Source: an uncultured bacterium (GTDB lineage: Bacteria > Chloroflexota > UBA5177 > JANWHV01). Taken from it: a stretch of DNA of 64,000 nucleotides. The notes below the pieces were generated by a model. It saw only the letters and a program-made list of their open reading frames with translations. It did no database searches and was not told where the DNA came from. Positions 61,185 to 64,000 of this stretch are shown here, piece after piece (position 1 is the first letter of the stretch; every line of letters begins with the position of its first letter). A program made the position numbers and the translations under genes. The stretch lies in contig CAWHAE010000008.1 of NCBI GenBank assembly GCA_963827235.1, positions 192,001 to 256,000 on the forward strand. The letters run 5' to 3'.

Positions 61185-62597
61185 TCACTTCCCGATGCAG
61201 AAGTCGGCAAAGATGCGATCGAGCACGGCCTCGGAGACGTTGAGGCCGGTAACACTGCCCAGCGCCTCCAGCGCCCGGCGCAGGTCGATGCAGACCAGCT
61301 CCACCGGCCTGTTCGTGGTCAGTCCGGTCAACGTGAGGTCCAGCGCGTCGAGCGCCTCGGCCAGGGATTGCGTCTGCCGGGCGTTTTCAACGAGCGTGTC
61401 CTCGGCATCAAGCTCTCGACCGCCCAGTGCCGCCTTCGCCAGGGCATCTTCCAGATCCGCTAGACCCTGGCCGGTCACGGCTGAGCAACAAACGACACGG
61501 CTTGGCTGCCAGGACGCGATCGCGGTGCCGTGCTCGACCTCCCATCGCGAAGCGCCTGCGATCAGCAGGTCCCACTTGTTCAGCGCCAGTACGAGCGGCG
61601 TCGCGGGCGCCAACAATCGCACGGTCGCGCCGGCATCCAGATCGTCAGGCTCGAGTGGTTGTGCTGCATCGATTGTGAGCACCACGACGCTTGCGGAGGC
61701 GAGTGCGGCGCGGCTCCGCTCCACGCCGAGGCGCTCGACGACGTCGTCCGTCCGGCTCAATCCGGCGGTGTCGGTCAGGAACATGGGCAGGCCGTGAATG
61801 TCGGCCGCCTCCTCCAGCGTGTCCCGTGTTGTGCCGGCTACCGGCGTGACGATAGCACGATCTCGACGGAGAAGGGCGTTGAGCAAGCTGGACTTGCCGA
61901 CGTTCGGCTTGCCTGCGAGCACGACACGTACGCCGTCGCGCAGCAGGGCGCCATGCGAGGCGCGGCTCAGCAGCGCAGCGACTCCGGCCCGCGATCGCTC
62001 AAGGGCCTCGATCTGCTGCAGTGTCTGCCTCTCCGGCAAGCCCTCTTCGACAAAGTCGATCGTTGCTTCGAGGTAGGCGAGCGAGCCGGTCACTGCCTGC
62101 ACGATAGGCTCCAGGCGCCGCGTCAGCGCGCCACTGAGTCCCTGGGCCGCGACCTGCGCGGCCGTCGGCGTGCGCGCATGCACCATATCCACCACGGCCT
62201 CGGCCTGTGCCAGGTCGAGTCTGCCGTTGAGAAAGGCGCGCAGCGTGAACTCACCGCGCTTCGCCAGGTTAGCGCCGGCCTGCAGGCAGCATGCTACCAG
62301 GCGCTCCAGTACGACGGGGCTGCCGTGGCAATGGAATTCGATGACATCCTCTCCAGTGTAAGAGTGGGGTCCCGCCATATAGCACAGCAAACAATCGTCC
62401 AGCAGCACCCCGGAGCGCGGATCGCGCGCCTCTCCGTAGACCAGCTGGTGGCTTCGCAGAGGCGCCGGGCCACGCTCGGGCGTGAAGAGTGCAAGGGCGA
62501 TCGCCCTCGCCTCCGGTCCGCTCAGCCGCACAATGCCCACGCCTCCCTGGCCCGGGGGCGTTGCCACGGCGACGATCGTAGTGTCAGAGCTGGTCAT
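61185..62597 (-). CDS. mnmE: tRNA modification GTPase MnmE
   Basis: TIVAVATPPGQGGVGIVRLSG, GEFTLRAFLNG, GKPNVGKSSL, GTTRD, DTAG, NKWD and terminal FCIGK. Confidence 0.97.
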   Translation of the reverse strand: MTSSDTTIVAVATPPGQGGVGIVRLSGPEARAIALALFTPERGPAPLRSHQLVYGEARDPRSGVLLDDCLLCYMAGPHSYTGEDVIEFHCHGSPVVLERLVACCLQAGANLAKRGEFTLRAFLNGRLDLAQAEAVVDMVHARTPTAAQVAAQGLSGALTRRLEPIVQAVTGSLAYLEATIDFVEEGLPERQTLQQIEALERSRAGVAALLSRASHGALLRDGVRVVLAGKPNVGKSSLLNALLRRDRAIVTPVAGTTRDTLEEAADIHGLPMFLTDTAGLSRTDDVVERLGVERSRAALASASVVVLTIDAAQPLEPDDLDAGATVRLLAPATPLVLALNKWDLLIAGASRWEVEHGTAIASWQPSRVVCCSAVTGQGLADLEDALAKAALGGRELDAEDTLVENARQTQSLAEALDALDLTLTGLTTNRPVELVCIDLRRALEALGSVTGLNVSEAVLDRIFADFCIGK

Positions 62598-63426
62598 ACT
62601 CCAGGAGGCGCCGCTCGGCGTCCTCGATGGTTGGAATGCCCTCGGTGCCGAAGTGCTCCACGTGGAACGAGGCGACCACGGCGGCGAAACGGGCGGCCGC
62701 GACTGCATCTTTCAGCCCGAAGTACCGGATCAGAAACGCTGCTGAGAAGACGTCTCCGGCGCCGTTAGCGTCGACCTCGACGACCGGAAAGGCAGGCACC
62801 TTTGTAGCGCGGTCGCCCTCGAAGACGGTGGCACCATGGTTGCCGTCGGTCAGCACGACGATACGGTGGTTTGCGCGGTAGAAGTCGATCACGCCGCGCT
62901 GATCGCCGATGTCCTCTTCGCTCAAGAAGCTGATGTCGACCGGGGGAGCCCAGGAGAGCATCTTGTCTGCTGCCAGCGGATGGACGTGCCCATCGGATCC
63001 CCACTCGCGAAGCCAGCCCTGCACGGATGCCGCCCGCAGCGATCCCTGGAACGAGGCAATCAAGTCGTGGTCTATTTCCTGCACCAGCGGGCCGAAATGC
63101 ACTACGGGAATGTCCTTCCACGCGAGCGGTACGTCCGCGGCGCGCAACGGCGCCGCCACGTCGGTGATGTACTGCTCGCGCACACCGTCCACGAACTCGT
63201 GCCTGAACGTGCACCAGACGGACGACGGCACGTTGTGTACGAGCACGCCTTCCGGGATAACTTCCGCCACGCCCTCGTCCGGCATGCTGGTCAACACGTG
63301 CACCTTGGCTCCCAAGCGCAGGGCCGTGACAGCCGCGAACAAGGCCGTGCCGCCCCACTCCTGTCCAATGGGCGTGTAGTCGACGGTGACGTGCCCTATG
63401 ACCAGGTACGGTATAGCGTCGCTCAC
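62584..63426 (-). CDS. PfkB-family carbohydrate kinase
   Basis: VIGHVTVD...GGTA and C-terminal VDANGAGDVFSAAF. GTG start overlaps the jag stop. Confidence 0.88.
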   Translation of the reverse strand: MSDAIPYLVIGHVTVDYTPIGQEWGGTALFAAVTALRLGAKVHVLTSMPDEGVAEVIPEGVLVHNVPSSVWCTFRHEFVDGVREQYITDVAAPLRAADVPLAWKDIPVVHFGPLVQEIDHDLIASFQGSLRAASVQGWLREWGSDGHVHPLAADKMLSWAPPVDISFLSEEDIGDQRGVIDFYRANHRIVVLTDGNHGATVFEGDRATKVPAFPVVEVDANGAGDVFSAAFLIRYFGLKDAVAAARFAAVVASFHVEHFGTEGIPTIEDAERRLLEYDQL

Positions 63427-64000
63427 CGAGCGCCCTGGCGTGGTGAGATGACGACGCACCGGTTCGGCTCTTCCCCGATACTGTTGGTCACTACCCAGGG
63501 ACTGTTCTGCAACGTCATGTGCACGACCCGGCGCTCGTTGGCCGGCATCGGATCGAGCTTGATGTCCCGGTGCATCTGGCGCACGCGTGCCGCTTGGCGG
63601 TTGGCCAGCGAGCGCAGCGTTTCTTCTCGTCGCACGCGATAGTGCTCCACGTCGACGATAACCTTGCACCAGCGGTTGACGCGCCGGCCGACGATGGCGT
63701 TGACGAGGTACTGTAGTGAGGCCAGCGTATCGCCGTGCCGGCCGATCAGGAGTCCCAGATCGTCGCCAAGCACGTCCACGACAACCGGATTGGCCGTGCT
63801 GCGCACGGCAGCGGTCGCGGTGAGACCCATGTGCTGTAAGAGCTCACGGACGATCTCCACGGCAACCTCGGCCACGGCGCTGGCATCGGCTCGAGAGGCC
63901 TCAGACTGGCCGGTCTCCTGCTCCGCCTCGTCGGCGAGGCCTACCTCCGCCGTAGCAAGAACCGGCTCGATGGTGGCCTGCGGCAGATCCTTGCCGGCTT
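63423..64000 (-). CDS. jag: Jag/EloR (KhpB) RNA-binding protein; 5' end outside the window
   Basis: KH motif LGLLIGRHGDTLASLQY and R3H motif LDPMPANERRVVH...SIGEEPNRCVVI. Confidence 0.93.
   Translation of the reverse strand, partial: AGKDLPQATIEPVLATAEVGLADEAEQETGQSEASRADASAVAEVAVEIVRELLQHMGLTATAAVRSTANPVVVDVLGDDLGLLIGRHGDTLASLQYLVNAIVGRRVNRWCKVIVDVEHYRVRREETLRSLANRQAARVRQMHRDIKLDPMPANERRVVHMTLQNSPWVVTNSIGEEPNRCVVISPRQGAR

Overview
GC-rich bacterial chromosome segment. Gene content and style suggest a monoderm, probably Chloroflexota-like organism (inference only). Most of the window is housekeeping: sdhAB plus a CCG-domain anchor, icd, a class III aminotransferase, polA, meaB, ychF, fba, an Mrp/ApbC ATPase, dedA, tex, resB/resC, a mannose-1-P guanylyltransferase, tRNA-Asn, rarA, folC, miaA, mnmE and jag. 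The standout is a ~15 kb envelope locus (3.6-18.7 kb). It encodes a MacB-type permease, a giant (~1430 aa) MacA/HlyD-type adaptor whose helical hairpin is two mirror-matched arrays of ~20 x 26-aa repeats, a leaderless Ser/Thr-rich harpin-like protein, a 1309-aa Ig-repeat surface protein and a YkcB/ArnT-like glycosyltransferase. Four phased 11-bp TCTTAG-type direct-repeat arrays (OmpR/MprA-like boxes) lie in its intergenic regions. Other oddities include an apparently catalytically dead biotin carboxylase fused to an intact BCCP and an Mrp ATPase lacking its C-terminal CXXC. Several single-base indels (sdhA, the CCG subunit, the adaptor, resB) look like sequencing errors. No CRISPR array, transposase or prophage was seen. 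All family assignments come from motif recognition, not database searches.
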